Notes under the pieces: generated by a model
Told to the model about the DNA's origin: nothing
Databases searched by the model: none
Seen by the model: only the letters and a program-made list of their open reading frames with translations
From: Auanema rhodensis
Taxonomy: Eukaryota > Animalia > Nematoda
DNA length: 64,000 bases
Direction of reading: 5' to 3'
Assembly: GCA_964057225.1 (NCBI GenBank)
Contig: OZ059896.1
Span: forward strand, 7,378,001-7,442,000
Translations under genes and position numbers: made by a program
Part shown: positions 1-11,838 of the stretch, one piece after another
Layout of the letters: each line of letters starts with the position of its first letter
Position numbering within the stretch: position 1 is the first letter of the stretch

Positions 1-1446
1 GAACGTTTTTTTCCTGAAATATATGCTAAATTAGAACAGGTAGAATTCCAAACAAACTTTTCTTCTTTTTTTTTAACCCCTAGTACTTATTCTTCTTTAT
101 ATTTTATTATTGATTGTATTTCTGTGATTAGCTATTTATTAATTGAAGAACGGAGTTATTGTATGGCGCTTACCAATAGAAATATCTCAAAGTCGGTTTG
201 GAGGACGTGAAGATCCGTCAAATGCCTGTACTCTTATTGTTATAAAATTAGCTGAACTAATTCATAGAAATAATATAAGGCTCAGTCATCACAATTGTTT
301 ATTTATGGTATGAATATCATTTGATTTCTCAGTACATTTACTTATCGAACTACTAATATTAAGATTTTCAGAGAACAATCGAGAATCGAAGCTATTTAAT
401 CCAACAAAACAGAATTGCCTCCGATTATAACAATGAAACATCGGTGGTAATTTAATTGTTTATCAGAGATGATGCTTACATTACTCATATTATAGAGATG
501 CTGCCCTATCCTGTTGACCAGTTTCATTGAAGCGATTGTCAATGGAAATAAGAGTCATGAATCAGCTCTAAAGAAACGTATGAAATCCATTAGTTCGGGA
601 CTTGTTGATCCTTATTTCACAATACCTGATGCTCTTGTCGCTGTAAACAATCCCTTTAGAGTAACTGAAAAAACATTACTCAACTTTATTTTCCTTCTTT
701 ATAGGAGATCGATTTTTCATCTGTAGTGGGTCCTATTAGCCAAAACCTACCTAGTTACTTACGTTGTATTATTCATCAGTAAGATTTTATTTATATATTA
801 GAAATTACAAATGTCATCTCAGTCCGAAACTTGAGTACGAAGAAAAGATATACATCATTATGATTGCTTTCCAAAGATCAGTACTGTTTGTGTATGAACG
901 TTCCTCTGATACTATTACTTTACTAGACACACATTTGCATGGAATTGGGCATGGTAGTCTTAATTAATATTTATGTTAACATATAATTATGAATATATCC
1001 TTATAGGTGGTCTTATTGCTTCGTGCCATTTAAACAATTTACGTTTTTTTGGACAATGGGTTTCTTCAAACATTTTCCAAGAATCGTTATATCTTTCTCG
1101 CAGAGAAAAGTATCAGGTAATCAGCTAATAGTTAAAGGTATTTATACCTAATTAAAAGCTCCAGGTAGTATACGAGCTCTCCGTTTTAAATTTTTGTGGC
1201 GATGTGAACTTATCCGACTGCTCTCCTTCGCCATCTCGTATTGGTCTATGCTCAAAGTTTTCAATTTTTCCCGAATTGGATTCTTCAAGCGAGTCGTCTT
1301 CATATGAATCCTCTCCCGAAAAGCAATACTTTGACTTTAACACGGGCTCATTTACTCCGGTATGTAGGAGGAAACGGCCCATAGAAAATGCTAAAACGGC
1401 AACATCGACGTACGAGTTCAAGTCGGAAAAAAGAATGAAATTCTAG
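1..1446 (+). CDS. 5'-truncated multi-exon gene for an uncharacterised protein with a candidate cysteine-protease (viral-tegument-like DUB) signature and a basic, NLS-like C-terminal tail
   Basis: About 7-8 exons joined by short GT-AG introns give ...NGVIVWRLPIEISQSRFGGREDPSNACTLIVIKLAE...FIEAIVNGNKSHE...IYIIMIAFQRSVLFVYERSSDTITLLDTHLHGIGHGGLIASCHLNNL...VVYELSVLNF...RRKRP...KRMKF*. The stop is at 1444-1446 and the start lies upstream of the window. Confidence 0.75.
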
Positions 1447-1606
1447 GTTATTATCTTTCAATATAAAATTCAGGAATGCATCTGTGTTTGTTTCATATTT
1501 TGTTACAAAAATAATTGTATGAAAAATCATTATTACAATAAAAAAATGATAAAACGTATTAGATTATTATCACAGAGTTCTTAGTTAGTTCTAATATTAA
1601 AATTAA

Positions 1607-3835
1607 CTAAAAAGGTCGAACACTTTGTGAGTCTAGCTTTACCATCTCATCGAACTTCGCTGTGAAACCATATGTTTTCCAAGTTAGCCCAAGGGAAATT
1701 CTTTGAGTGATTGGTCCGACGTAAGGGGAAATCCATTGAAGAATAGCGCGATATATGAATAAATAATGAAGAGAAGATCCCACACCGCATTTACGTTGAA
1801 GTCGAACAAATGTGGAAGCGAGTAAAACTACGTTATCGTCAATAGGAGTACCTGAAATTAAATTTCTTAGATTGGTATACAAAAAACATGAATATACCAC
1901 GTAAGAAGTGGCATAAAACCGCTTCAATAGCAACGAGCGTTCCACTACGTGTACAACCATCTAGACATTGCACAATAGTTGGTGAATTCGATAACCGAGC
2001 TCTGAAATCAATACATAATTGACACATAATACAATCGGAAGTACCTTCGCAAAATTCTGAAAGGCCAATGAGCATCACCCATGTACTGCCAATCCCACTG
2101 CCAATGTTCCACTACAAAAGGATATTCTCCATCTTTTACAACTTCCTATAACAAGTATATCCCACATAGAACTAAAACTTTACTACCAAATAAGTGACGG
2201 TGAACAGTGGATCAATAGTAGCATCAACTCTCTTATTTCTTATGGTAATATCGCCATGGCGAACAGAATCTCCTTCATATCTGAAAATAAAAATGAAACA
2301 AGTTCGCATTTGTAATGTTTACGCCACCTTGGCCAATAATATGGGCAATAAGAAGCAGGTGATAGTTTACCCAAAGGTCCAAGAATAGAAGGATCTACGG
2401 CTTCACACAACATAATAATCATTTTTGATTTTTCTTGGTAAACCTAAACCAAATTGTATTCATTTTTCAAAATTGTATACCATGCGCCAAAAGTCGTATA
2501 CAGTATTGTCCATTGGAGCTTGCGAACAGATGAACGTGTTTAGTAAAGTACCTCCACGAACATAGGATGCATGAATAAAATCATCAGTTCCACTAAAATA
2601 GTTTTATACTTGTCAAACTATACTATCTTACTAAGGTATATCATTGTTCTCTTCGCCCAAATCTTCATCATTGAAAATTGTATCCACAGCACTTCTCAGT
2701 GTTTCTTGTTTAACAGGTGTATCAATTAATTTGACACGTGAATGATCAATGCAAGGAATTGCTACATATGAAGTATTTTTTTATAAAATGAAATAAAACT
2801 TACTCTTGCTACGCGATTTAGTTAAGTAATTCAAATTAAAAGAAGATTGCGACACTTCATCAGGAGAAAGACCATTTGCAGTCATAATTTCTAATCTTCT
2901 GAATTCACTCATGAACTCCTGGAAAAAAATTTGAACACAAAATAATATTGTTACATACCGTAAGATGACAAGACAAACTTCCAGGATCAATGAGGAAAGA
3001 CCATTTAACCTTAGAACTCATTTGATCAACAAATCTTTTGATTCTAGATGCAACAAGCCCAGATATCTCTGGAGGTTGATAGAACCAGTTGCACAATGGG
3101 TCCAACTAATCTCAAGGTACATTAGAGAAAATAGTAACAGGAAATAATACCTTCCTAAGCATATCAAAATTTTTTGCAGCAGTTTTAAGTAGAGATGAGC
3201 ATTCAGTGAAAGCTGGAAATAAGCGCTCTCGTAACCACTGTGCCATATCGCGCCTTCAATTAGAAAAAACAATGAATAATACTCTAAACTAATATACCCA
3301 TAGTGTAATTCAAGAGCTAAATCTTCCTGACTGTTAGTCACCGCAGTGATTGATCTTCCGATCATAGATAATCTTGTTTCCTCATCACAAAGAATGCCAT
3401 CCACCTGGACATAGTTAATATTGAAATAAAAGTCAGTCGGTTACCTTGAACAATTTTTGAGCTATGAACATCTTAAGTTCATTAGCTTCATGCTGAGCCT
3501 AAAACAACAACAAAGTAATAGAAAGAGACCACAAAAACACACAATTCTTTTGAGTAATTGATTGTCATAATATTGCTGGAAGAATTTCGCGAAACAACCT
3601 TCAGATATGACTGCGCCACCACTCTCGAGATCCGTCTGAATCTATGATACTTACACAATATCATGGCAATGATCAAACCTTTTCCTTCACAGGCTTTTTT
3701 TTAGCTATTACAAGGAAATCATGGTCAATTATACCATCCTAACAAAAAAAAATAAATCACAGAACAATAAGTTAATCTTACATCATATTCTATACTGCTG
3801 ATATCCGAATATCTATCATCATAAATAGAACCCAT
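1607..3835 (-). CDS. egg-3: EGG-3-like protein-tyrosine-phosphatase-like (pseudophosphatase) oocyte cortex protein
   Basis: The spliced product contains DDFIHASYVRGGTLLNTFICSQAPMDNTVYDFWRMV, YCPYYWPR, EHWQWDWQYMGDAHWPFRILR, the degenerate active-site motif PTIVQCLDGCTRSGTLVAIE and FVRLQRK...LFIYRAILQWISPYV. These match my recollection of C. elegans EGG-3. The probable start is MGSIYDDRY at 3835. Confidence 0.88.
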
Positions 3836-3993
3836 TGATAATAAAAGTGAGTAAATAAGATATAAGTTTACAGGTTATTCAAGAGTTAAGGAATACCCAA
3901 CACAAAAATTTTTTTTTGCTGATTAGAGTAGCTTTAGAAATATATTTCCCTTAAATAAATTATGACAGTGCGACAGTAGGTCAATCAATTAGT

Positions 3994-4001
3994 GCGCCAA
4001 A
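3994..4001 (-). promoter_or_regulatory. E2F-like site (TTTGGCGC) ~160 bp upstream of the egg-3 ATG
   Basis: GCGCCAAA on the + strand in an otherwise AT-rich intergenic gap. EFL-1/DPL-1 is known to activate oogenic genes. Confidence 0.35.
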
Positions 4002-4174
4002 TTACAGTACTGTTTATATTGCTCAAAACATCATCAATTGAGCAATCTTTCGGTTCGATTTATTTAATGTAATATAGCTAAGTTAATCATATATCATTAA
4101 GCAAAATTTCGAAGTATTTTATTATTCTCATTGACAAAATACGCTTTGATCTACATGGCCTATGTGGAAGACAT

Positions 4175-4746
4175 CTATTCATCAGTCTTCTTAACTCCTG
4201 GTTGCCATCCAGAAATTTTGGTACGAGTAGTGGAATAGGGGATATATTTCTTGTCACTGTTAAGAAATAAATAGAAAGAATAACTGCAAAAAAAACTTAC
4301 TGGTAGATAGAAACATTTTCCTGGTGATCCATCACCCATTTCTCGTTATTAGGAGGTTTGGCAACAGGCGAATCATCAGTAATGTGATGAAGCCATCCAT
4401 GCCTAAATTAATTATAAAATAGTTATTTGATTTGAATTTACAACATACCATTCAGATGGAACTTGGGATGCATCATAATCAAGCCAAACTTTTTCATTAA
4501 ACTCCACCCAACGGTTACGAGGAACAAAGTAAGCATTGTTTTCATAATACTTGTTTCCGTATTTGTCCTCTCCCACCAGAGTTCCCACACGAGTAACGTC
4601 CATCCTGAATGTACACTACAGCTAGGATATCATTTAATAATTTACAAATAACGCTTCTTGGCAACAGCTTTGACACCACCCAATTCCTTAACAATTTGCT
4701 GGAGTTTTTGAATTTTGTCCAATCCCAGCCATTGCTTTAATGACAT
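4175..4746 (-). CDS. NDUFA12: NADH:ubiquinone oxidoreductase subunit A12 (B17.2)
   Basis: [13 protein letters not shown]...[64 protein letters not shown]...[17 protein letters not shown] across 4 exons. The ATG is directly preceded by a TTCAG acceptor. Confidence 0.95.
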
Positions 4747-4936
4747 CTGAACAGAACAAGAATTGAATGAGAAATATCAACGATTAAAATATAAGAGGAA
4801 ATAAAATCCTTGCATGTAAATATAAAAGTAATACTTTATGTTGCAACATTATTGCAAAAGGATAAAAAATAAATTAAAAACAGATCGGTTACAGAGATGG
4901 TATTTACAAAACCATAATAAGATTCCCGCATAAAAA

Positions 4937-6252
4937 TCAAGCTGTGGATTTTACAATAACGACAGAATTGAGAAGACCAGCGTCAGAAATAGTTAAGGTT
5001 TCATCTTCAATGATGGTACGTGGGAAAGTTTGCATGAAGTTGAATGGAGCAAAAGCAAGAGCAGGGTTAGCTCTAAATGATGATTGAAAATAAAATATTG
5101 CTTGATTGCTAAATAAAACTTACGTTACAACAAAATTACGCAATTGTTGAATAGTATGGTTGTGGTTAAACTTTGCAACAACTCTTTCCCCATTTTCAAA
5201 CCTTATTTGAACCTAAAGAAAATCATATTATAAAGCAGCACACTTATATCACCTGAGTAATAGGTGCAGATTCGTCCAAATTAACTTCTCTTTGGGCTTC
5301 AGCAAAAGAATTGGCAGTCTCTAAAAATATTCATCAATACCAGCGAAACAGCGGATATAAATCTTACGTTCAGCCGTACGTGCGGGAGCTACTTCGGAAG
5401 TAGAAGATAACTCTGGAACAATTGCTCCCAAACGAGCACCAGTACCCTACAAGAATATCAATAAAAAATATACAAAATAAAAAAATACCATGAATGGTTT
5501 ACTTTGAACTTTTGGTGCTTCATAGGGTTCATGCTTTTTTTCCATATGCACGTGAATTTTTTTGCGAGGATAAGCAAGGTAGAGTTCAGCAGGAACTTGC
5601 CTAAACGTATAACAATATATCTTCTTTTTTTTTTAATCATACCCTTTCTGGACAGCATCCATAAACTCGACATTTTCTTCAAAGAGACGGAAAGGTCCGT
5701 CCTCAATAGTAAATCCATTTTTGTAGAAAAAGATACGAACGATAACCTACAAACGTACTCATAAGTATAAAAATGTTGACAAAATAACAAACTGTCTCTG
5801 GTTCCGCATTTTCTTCAACAGTTTCAGCAGCTGGAGCGTCAGAAGCACCAGGCCCCCCAAGTTTCATTCCGCCTCCAGGAAAGCGACTAGGTTTCTAAAA
5901 TCGTTGCATTAACAAAGTTCGATAAGTTAACAAACCTTTCCACTTATGGCCGCTTCTGTAGCAGGCAGAGCCTCAGCCCCTGCTTGACGTGCAGCATTGA
6001 ATAACTGTTCTCTAAAATCTCGTCTATCAGGGCCTAACACTTGTTGTCCACTAAAATAAATACTAATTAACATGAAAATGTTTAAAACAATTAAATTACC
6101 TGTGCTCACTCCCTCCTACAAAAAAACTTTGTCCTTCCCCTCCAGATTCTTCTCCACTATCGTTTTCTCCATTTTTAATATCGTTAAAAGTTTTAATTCT
6201 ATAAAAATACAATAAAGTCATTTTTTCAATTGTAAAAAAACCTTTTGCTCAT
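4937..6252 (-). CDS. ubxn-2: p47/NSFL1C-like CDC-48 cofactor (SEP + SHP + UBX domains)
   Basis: QSFFVGGSEHSGQQVLGP, then the SEP domain VIVRIFFYKNGFTIEDGPFRLFEENVEFMDAVQKG, the SHP box KPFMGTGARLG, and the UBX domain QIRFENGKRVVAKFNHNHTIQQLRNFV...FMQTFPRTIIEDETLTISDAGLLNSVVIVK. Confidence 0.92.
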
Positions 6253-6572
6253 AATAGTAACAATGAACCGGTATTAAGTAAATTCACTGAAATACGAATT
6301 ATTATATGATAAACTAATCTACAAGGTATTCAGTCATAAATATACCGATTGAAATTGTAAGCTAACTAGAGCAATAAGAAATCATGTAAATACGTAGAAA
6401 GAACTGATCGACATTTTTAACCAAACGGTAAGATACAATTTTCAATGAAACGGCAATGATAAGCTTTTTGATAAATATTTTACAAATAGTATAAGCTAAA
6501 TTTTATTGTATAAATCGAAGTATTGTCAGGGATACTCGAGTAGTTAACATTTATATTTGCTTCACATGGAAC

Positions 6573-9322
6573 ATGTCATTGTCTAAACTCACCAATTTAT
6601 GCTTCATACTTCCTGCTAATTTAAAATCTAGTTTGAATTTATCGAGGTAAACAATTTTCTATGAACTGCAAATAAAAGCAATCTTAGCTCTCTGTTTCGG
6701 CAATCTATCACCAAATTTCTTAAGAAGCCTTCATCAAAAACCCTCAAAGCCGGTAGATTAATTGGGGTAGGATTCAGTCTAGCAGGTGTCCCTCTCTTTA
6801 GGTGCGGTATACTATTATTGTTTTTCAAGATTAAAAAAAGATTCTACTCTTTGCTATTTTAGACTTGCAGAATGTAGACCAATACCAGCTTTAAGTAAAA
6901 GAGTTGATCACTTAAAGACTGTTTCTCTAGAGCCAGAACCTAGTCTGAGTTTATTAGATTTGTGGAGATTAATTAAGCCCTATTTGGGATGGTTTATAGC
7001 TGCAGTTGCGGTATATATTTAGCTTTTTTCCAAATACAATAGCTATAATAGTGTGCCATTCTGACTGCCATTGTTAATATTCAACTTCCTCTACATCTTG
7101 GAAAGCTCATAGATGCAATGGTAGAATTGATAAAAGGACAGGCTACAGGAATTGAATACGATACCGTTTCTATTAAGCAACAAGCGATAAAACTTGTTAG
7201 TTGTTATGTTGCTCAGGTAGTTATAGTTACGCGTTAACTAACGAAACTAAATTTTTATGTAGGCTGTTCTTACATTTTTTTATATTTCGTTCTTGAGCGT
7301 TCTCGGTGAGCGTGTCGCATATGATTTGAAGTTACGACTCTTTGAAAAATTGCTTGTAATGGACATGTCATTTCATGATGCTCAGGTTGAATCTTTTTCT
7401 TTTTTTCAAAATATCTTGAGAAGGTACAGAAAGCTGGTGAACTATCCTCTCGTCTTAATGTGGATGTTCAAGAATTTAAAAGTTGTTTTAAACTCACTGT
7501 AGCCCAGGGATTGAAAACATTTGCACAGGTTTTTTTCGTACATATTTTGATATTTCTGTTTTTTCTTCTGTTTTTAGACTTTGGGTTGCGTCGCTACCCT
7601 TTTCTACATATCTCCTTCTATGACTGTTGTAACTGTTGCTGCTTTGCCTGCTGTTATCTTGATAGGAACATTTTGTGGCGCGCTATTGAGAACTTTGAGT
7701 AGAAAGTATAACTTTTATTTCTATGATTTTTCTTTTAAACTATGTTTAGAGCTCAAGCACAATCTGCAATTGCTGCGTCTGTGTCTGATGAAGCTTTTAG
7801 TAATATCAGAACTGTACGCGCTTTTGCTATGGAAGCTCAAGAAACAGAGTAGGTTATGTTGCCATTGTTCACTAAACAACTTTTTTGTTTTTAGCTTATA
7901 TAAGAGGGAGATATCTCAAGCTCGCTTCATGAATGAATTGTTGGGAATGGGAATCGGTGTATTTCAAGGTTCACAGTTTGTTTTGATGGGATTTATTTCT
8001 TTTTTAAGGGGCCACTAATTTCTTTCTCAATGGAATAGTTTTGACTGTGCTATACGGTGGATCATCAATGATAAATTCTGGCGAAATGTCTCCTGGCGAT
8101 CTGATGTCTTTCCTTGTCACAGCCCAAACTATTCAAAAATCTTTAAGTCAATTATCTGTTGTGTTCGGGCATGCGCTTAGAGGTTGGACTGCTGGTGCTA
8201 GAGTTTTTGAGGTTTTAATACACAAGTAACTGTTCATCACTTACTTTTAGTTTATAAAACTGGAACCCACCTCGAGAATGGATGATGGTGTATGTATTCC
8301 ATATCATTCGCTTTGGGGAGAAGTACTATTGTAATTTTAGTATTTATATATTATAATCTTTAAGATTGCCTTTAATGATGTTTCTTTCCATTATGAGACT
8401 CGTCCTGGTCATCAGGTGTTTGATGGCTTAAATTTAAAAATACCTGCTGGACAAATTGTTGCTTTATGCGGACCTAGCGGACAAGGAAAGAGCACAATAA
8501 CTTCACTCTTAGAAAGATTTTACGATCCTACTGCTGGTTCCGTTACTCTTGATGGAAAAGATCTGAAAACGCTTAATTTGGAATGGCTTCGGGGCCAGGT
8601 ATTTCTTCTGTTGCTCCGTTTGTATATGTATAATTCGTTTCAGGTCATTGGATTGATTTCTCAAGAGCCTGTACTATTCGCTACTACAATTGAAGAAAAT
8701 ATTAGGTATGGTAGACCAGGAGCATCGGATCCTGAGGTATTTTAAGGAGAAAATTTTGAATTATTGACACTTGAAACCAGGTGAGAGAGGCTGCAGCTTT
8801 GGCTAATGCAGACGGTTTTATAAGTGAATTCCCGGACGGATATAAAACAGTGGTTGGTGAAAGAGGTACTCAATTGTCTGGTGGTCAAAAACAAGTTAGT
8901 TCTGTTTTGTCTTCTCTCTTTATCCTAATTTATAGCGTATTGCGATTGCTCGAGCTTTATTAAAAAATCCTCCAATTCTAATCTTGGATGAAGCTACAAG
9001 TGCTCTAGATACGGACAGCGAAAAATTGGTTAGTTTTTCAAATTAAGAATAATATCTTCTACTACTGCATATGAAATTTAGGTACGAGAAGCACTCGAAC
9101 GTGCGATGAAAGGAAGAACAGTATTGATTATTGCTCATAGGTTAAGTACTATTCAAAACGCAGATTTGATTTGCGTTGTAAAAGATAAAAAGGTGTTTTT
9201 TGCTAAGTATGCTATTGCTTATATCTATATTTTAGATTGTGGAACAGGGAACTCATGGACAATTGCTAAAGAAAAAAGGGCATTACTATAATCTTGTTCA
9301 GTCCCAGTATTCTCAGTCATAG
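6573..9322 (+). CDS. haf-6: ABCB8-like mitochondrial ABC half transporter
   Basis: Basic amphipathic N-terminus. The TM domain includes [31 protein letters not shown] and [23 protein letters not shown] (ABCB8-type). Walker [10 protein letters not shown], signature LSGGQKQR, Walker [12 protein letters not shown] and H-loop IIAHRLST are all present. The exact first exon is uncertain. Confidence 0.88.
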
Positions 9323-9451
9323 GTTTAGATAGCTAATATTTAGATTTTAAGGAAAAGCGTTGAAATACATTTTACAGATAAATATTTTGGAAATTTTTAT
9401 TAATTTTTTTCTTTACAAGATAATTGTTAAAAATACAAACAAATGACCCGT

Positions 9452-11784
9452 TTAAGCCTTGTATCCAGATTCTTCCTGTGGGACCTCAGCAACTGGCTCA
9501 ACTGGGGCTGGAGCTGGTTCTGGGACAACTTCTGGTTCTGGTTGCTCTTCTGGTTGCTCTACTGGTACTTCTGGTTGCTCTACTGGTTCTTCTGGTTGCT
9601 CGACGTGCTTCTCGACTTCTTCGACGACTGGGGCTGGCTCATCTCCGTAGCTGTTTTGAACTCCTCTCTTGGCTCTGTATCCAGATTCCTCTTGTGGGAT
9701 TTCAGCAACTGGCTCAACTGGGGCTGGAGCTGGTACTGCCACAATTTCTGGGACTGGGTCTTCGGTGAGGACTGGTTGCTCTTCTGGTTGTTCTACTGGT
9801 TCTTCTGGTTGATCAACGTGCTTCTCGTCTTCTTGGACGACTGGGGCTGGCTCATCTCCGTAGCTGTTTTGAACTCCTCTCTTGGCTCTGTATCCAGATT
9901 CCTCTTGTGGGACCTCAGCAACTGGCTCAACTGGAGCTGGAGCTGGTTCTGGGACAACTTCTGGGGCTGGTTGCTCTTCTGGTTGCTCTACTGGCTCTTC
10001 TGGTTGTTCAACGTGCTTCTCGTCTTCTTGGACGACTGGGGCTGGCTCATCTCCGTAGCTGTTTTGAACTCCTCTCTTGGCTCTGTATCCAGAATCCTCT
10101 TGTGGGACCTCAGCAACTGGCTCAACTGGGGCTGGGGCTGCTTCTGGGACAACTTCTGGGACTGGTTGCTCTTCTGGTTGCTCTACTGGTTCTTCTGGTT
10201 GTTCAACGTGCTTCTCGTCTTCTTGGACGACTGGGGCTGGCTCATCTCCGTAGCTGTTTTGAACTCCTCTCTTGGCTCTGTATCCAGATTCCTCTTGTGG
10301 GACCTCAGCAACTGGCTCAACTGGGGCTGGGGCTGGTTCTGGGACAACTTCTGGGACTGGGTCTTCGGTAAGGATTGGTTGCTCTTCTGGTTGTTCTACT
10401 GGTTCTTCTGGTTGATCAACGTGCTTCTCGTCTTCTTGGACGACTGGGGCTGGCTCATCTCCGTAGCTGTTTTGAACTCCTCTCTTGGCTCTGTATCCAG
10501 ATTCCTCTTGTGGGACCTCAGCAACTGGCTCAACTGGAGCTGGAGCTGGTTCTGGGACAACTTCTGGGGCTGGTTGCTCTTCTGGTTGCTCTACTGGCTC
10601 TTCTGGTTGTTCAACGTGTTGTTCAACTTCTTCGACGGCTGGGGCTGGCTCATCTCCGTAGCTGTTTTGAACTCCTCTCTTGGCTCTGTATCCAGAATCC
10701 TCTTGTGGGACCTCAGCAACTGGCTCAACTGGAGCTGGAGCTGGTTCTGGGACAACTTCTGGGGCTGGTTGCTCTTCTGGTTGCTCTACTGGCTCTTCTG
10801 GTTGTTCAACGTGTTGTTCAACTTCTTCGACGGCTGGGGCTGGCTCATCTCCGTAGCTGTTTTGAACTCCTCTTTTGGCTCTGTATCCAGATTCCTCTTG
10901 TGGGATTTCAGCAACTGGCTCAACTGGGGCTGGAGCTGGTACTGCCACAATTTCTGGGACTGGGTCTTCGGTAAGGATTGGTTGCTCTTCTGGTTGTTCT
11001 ACTGGTTCTTCTGGTTGTTCAACGTGCTTCTCGTCTTCTTGGACGACTGGGGCTGGCTCATCTCCATAGCTGTTTTGAACTCCTCTCTTGGCTCTGTATC
11101 CAGAATCCTCTTGTGGGACCTCAGCAACTGGCTCAACTGGGGCTGGGGCTGGTTCTGGGACAACTTCTGGGGCTGGTTGCTCCTCTGGTTGCTCTACTGG
11201 TTCTTCTGGTTGTTCAACGTGTTGCTCAACTTCTTCGACGGCTGGGGCTGGCTCATCTCCGTAGCTGTTTTGAACTCCTCTCTTGGCTCTGTATCCAGAA
11301 TCCTCTTGTGGGACCTCAGCAACTGGCTCAACTGGAGCTGGGGCTGGTTCTGGGACAACTTCTGGGGCTGGTTGTTCCTCTGGTTGCTCTACTGGTTCTT
11401 CTGGTTGTTCAACGTGTTGCTCAACTTCTTCGACGGCTGGGGCTGGCTCATCTCCGTAGCTGTTTTGAACTCCTCTTTTGGCTCTGTATCCAGATTCCTC
11501 TTGTGGGATTTCAGCAACTGGCTCAACTGGGGCTGGAGCTGGTACTGCCACAATTTCTGGGACTGGGTCTTCGGCAAGGACTGTGGAAGATTCCACTGGA
11601 GCGATGGGTTCATCTCCGTATGTATTACGTTTGTGAACTAAAAGAGAAAATTTTGAATTCACAAGTTCAAAAAGTTGAATAAGGAAATAGATTGAAAAGC
11701 TATTAGGTATAAACAGATTAAGAATTACTTACTTGATCTAGCTCCAGCAAGAGCGAAGAGAGCGAGAAGGAGAGCAATCCTCAT
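9452..11784 (-). CDS. Secreted Pro/Glu/Val/Ala-rich tandem-repeat polyprotein with 10 SGY-RAKR-GVQNSYGDE convertase sites (probable cuticle/extracellular matrix protein)
   Basis: Exon 1 (11784-11733) encodes the signal peptide MRIALLLALFALAGARS. A GTAAGT...TTTTAG intron follows, and exon 2 (11637-9452) continues IHKRNTYGDE... through the repeats. Confidence 0.9.
9456..11620. repeat. Coding tandem array of 195/213-bp units with a 603-bp higher-order period
   Basis: 65-aa and 71-aa units occur as short-short-long three times. The antisense ORF starts at 10375 and 10978 are exactly 603 bp apart. Confidence 0.92.
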
Positions 11785-11829
11785 GGTCGACAAGGGACAA
11801 TCGAGTACCTAGGTACCGCCTTCTGATGC

Positions 11830-11838
11830 CTTTTATAC
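11830..11838 (-). promoter_or_regulatory. Nematode-type TATA box (GTATAAAAG) of the repeat polyprotein gene
   Basis: GTATAAAAG on the minus strand ~50 nt upstream of the ATG at 11784, with no obvious trans-splice acceptor in between. Confidence 0.7.

Noticed and set aside
9456-11620. CRISPR-like repeat/spacer appearance
   Set aside because: This is an in-frame coding tandem repeat in a eukaryotic gene. The 'spacers' are themselves repeated and there are no cas genes.
9443-11682. 732-aa Trp/Phe/Leu-rich ORF and other + strand ORFs over the repeat
   Set aside because: Antisense shadows of the Pro/Glu codons (CCA/GAA) of the real minus-strand gene, which has the TATA box, signal peptide and intron.
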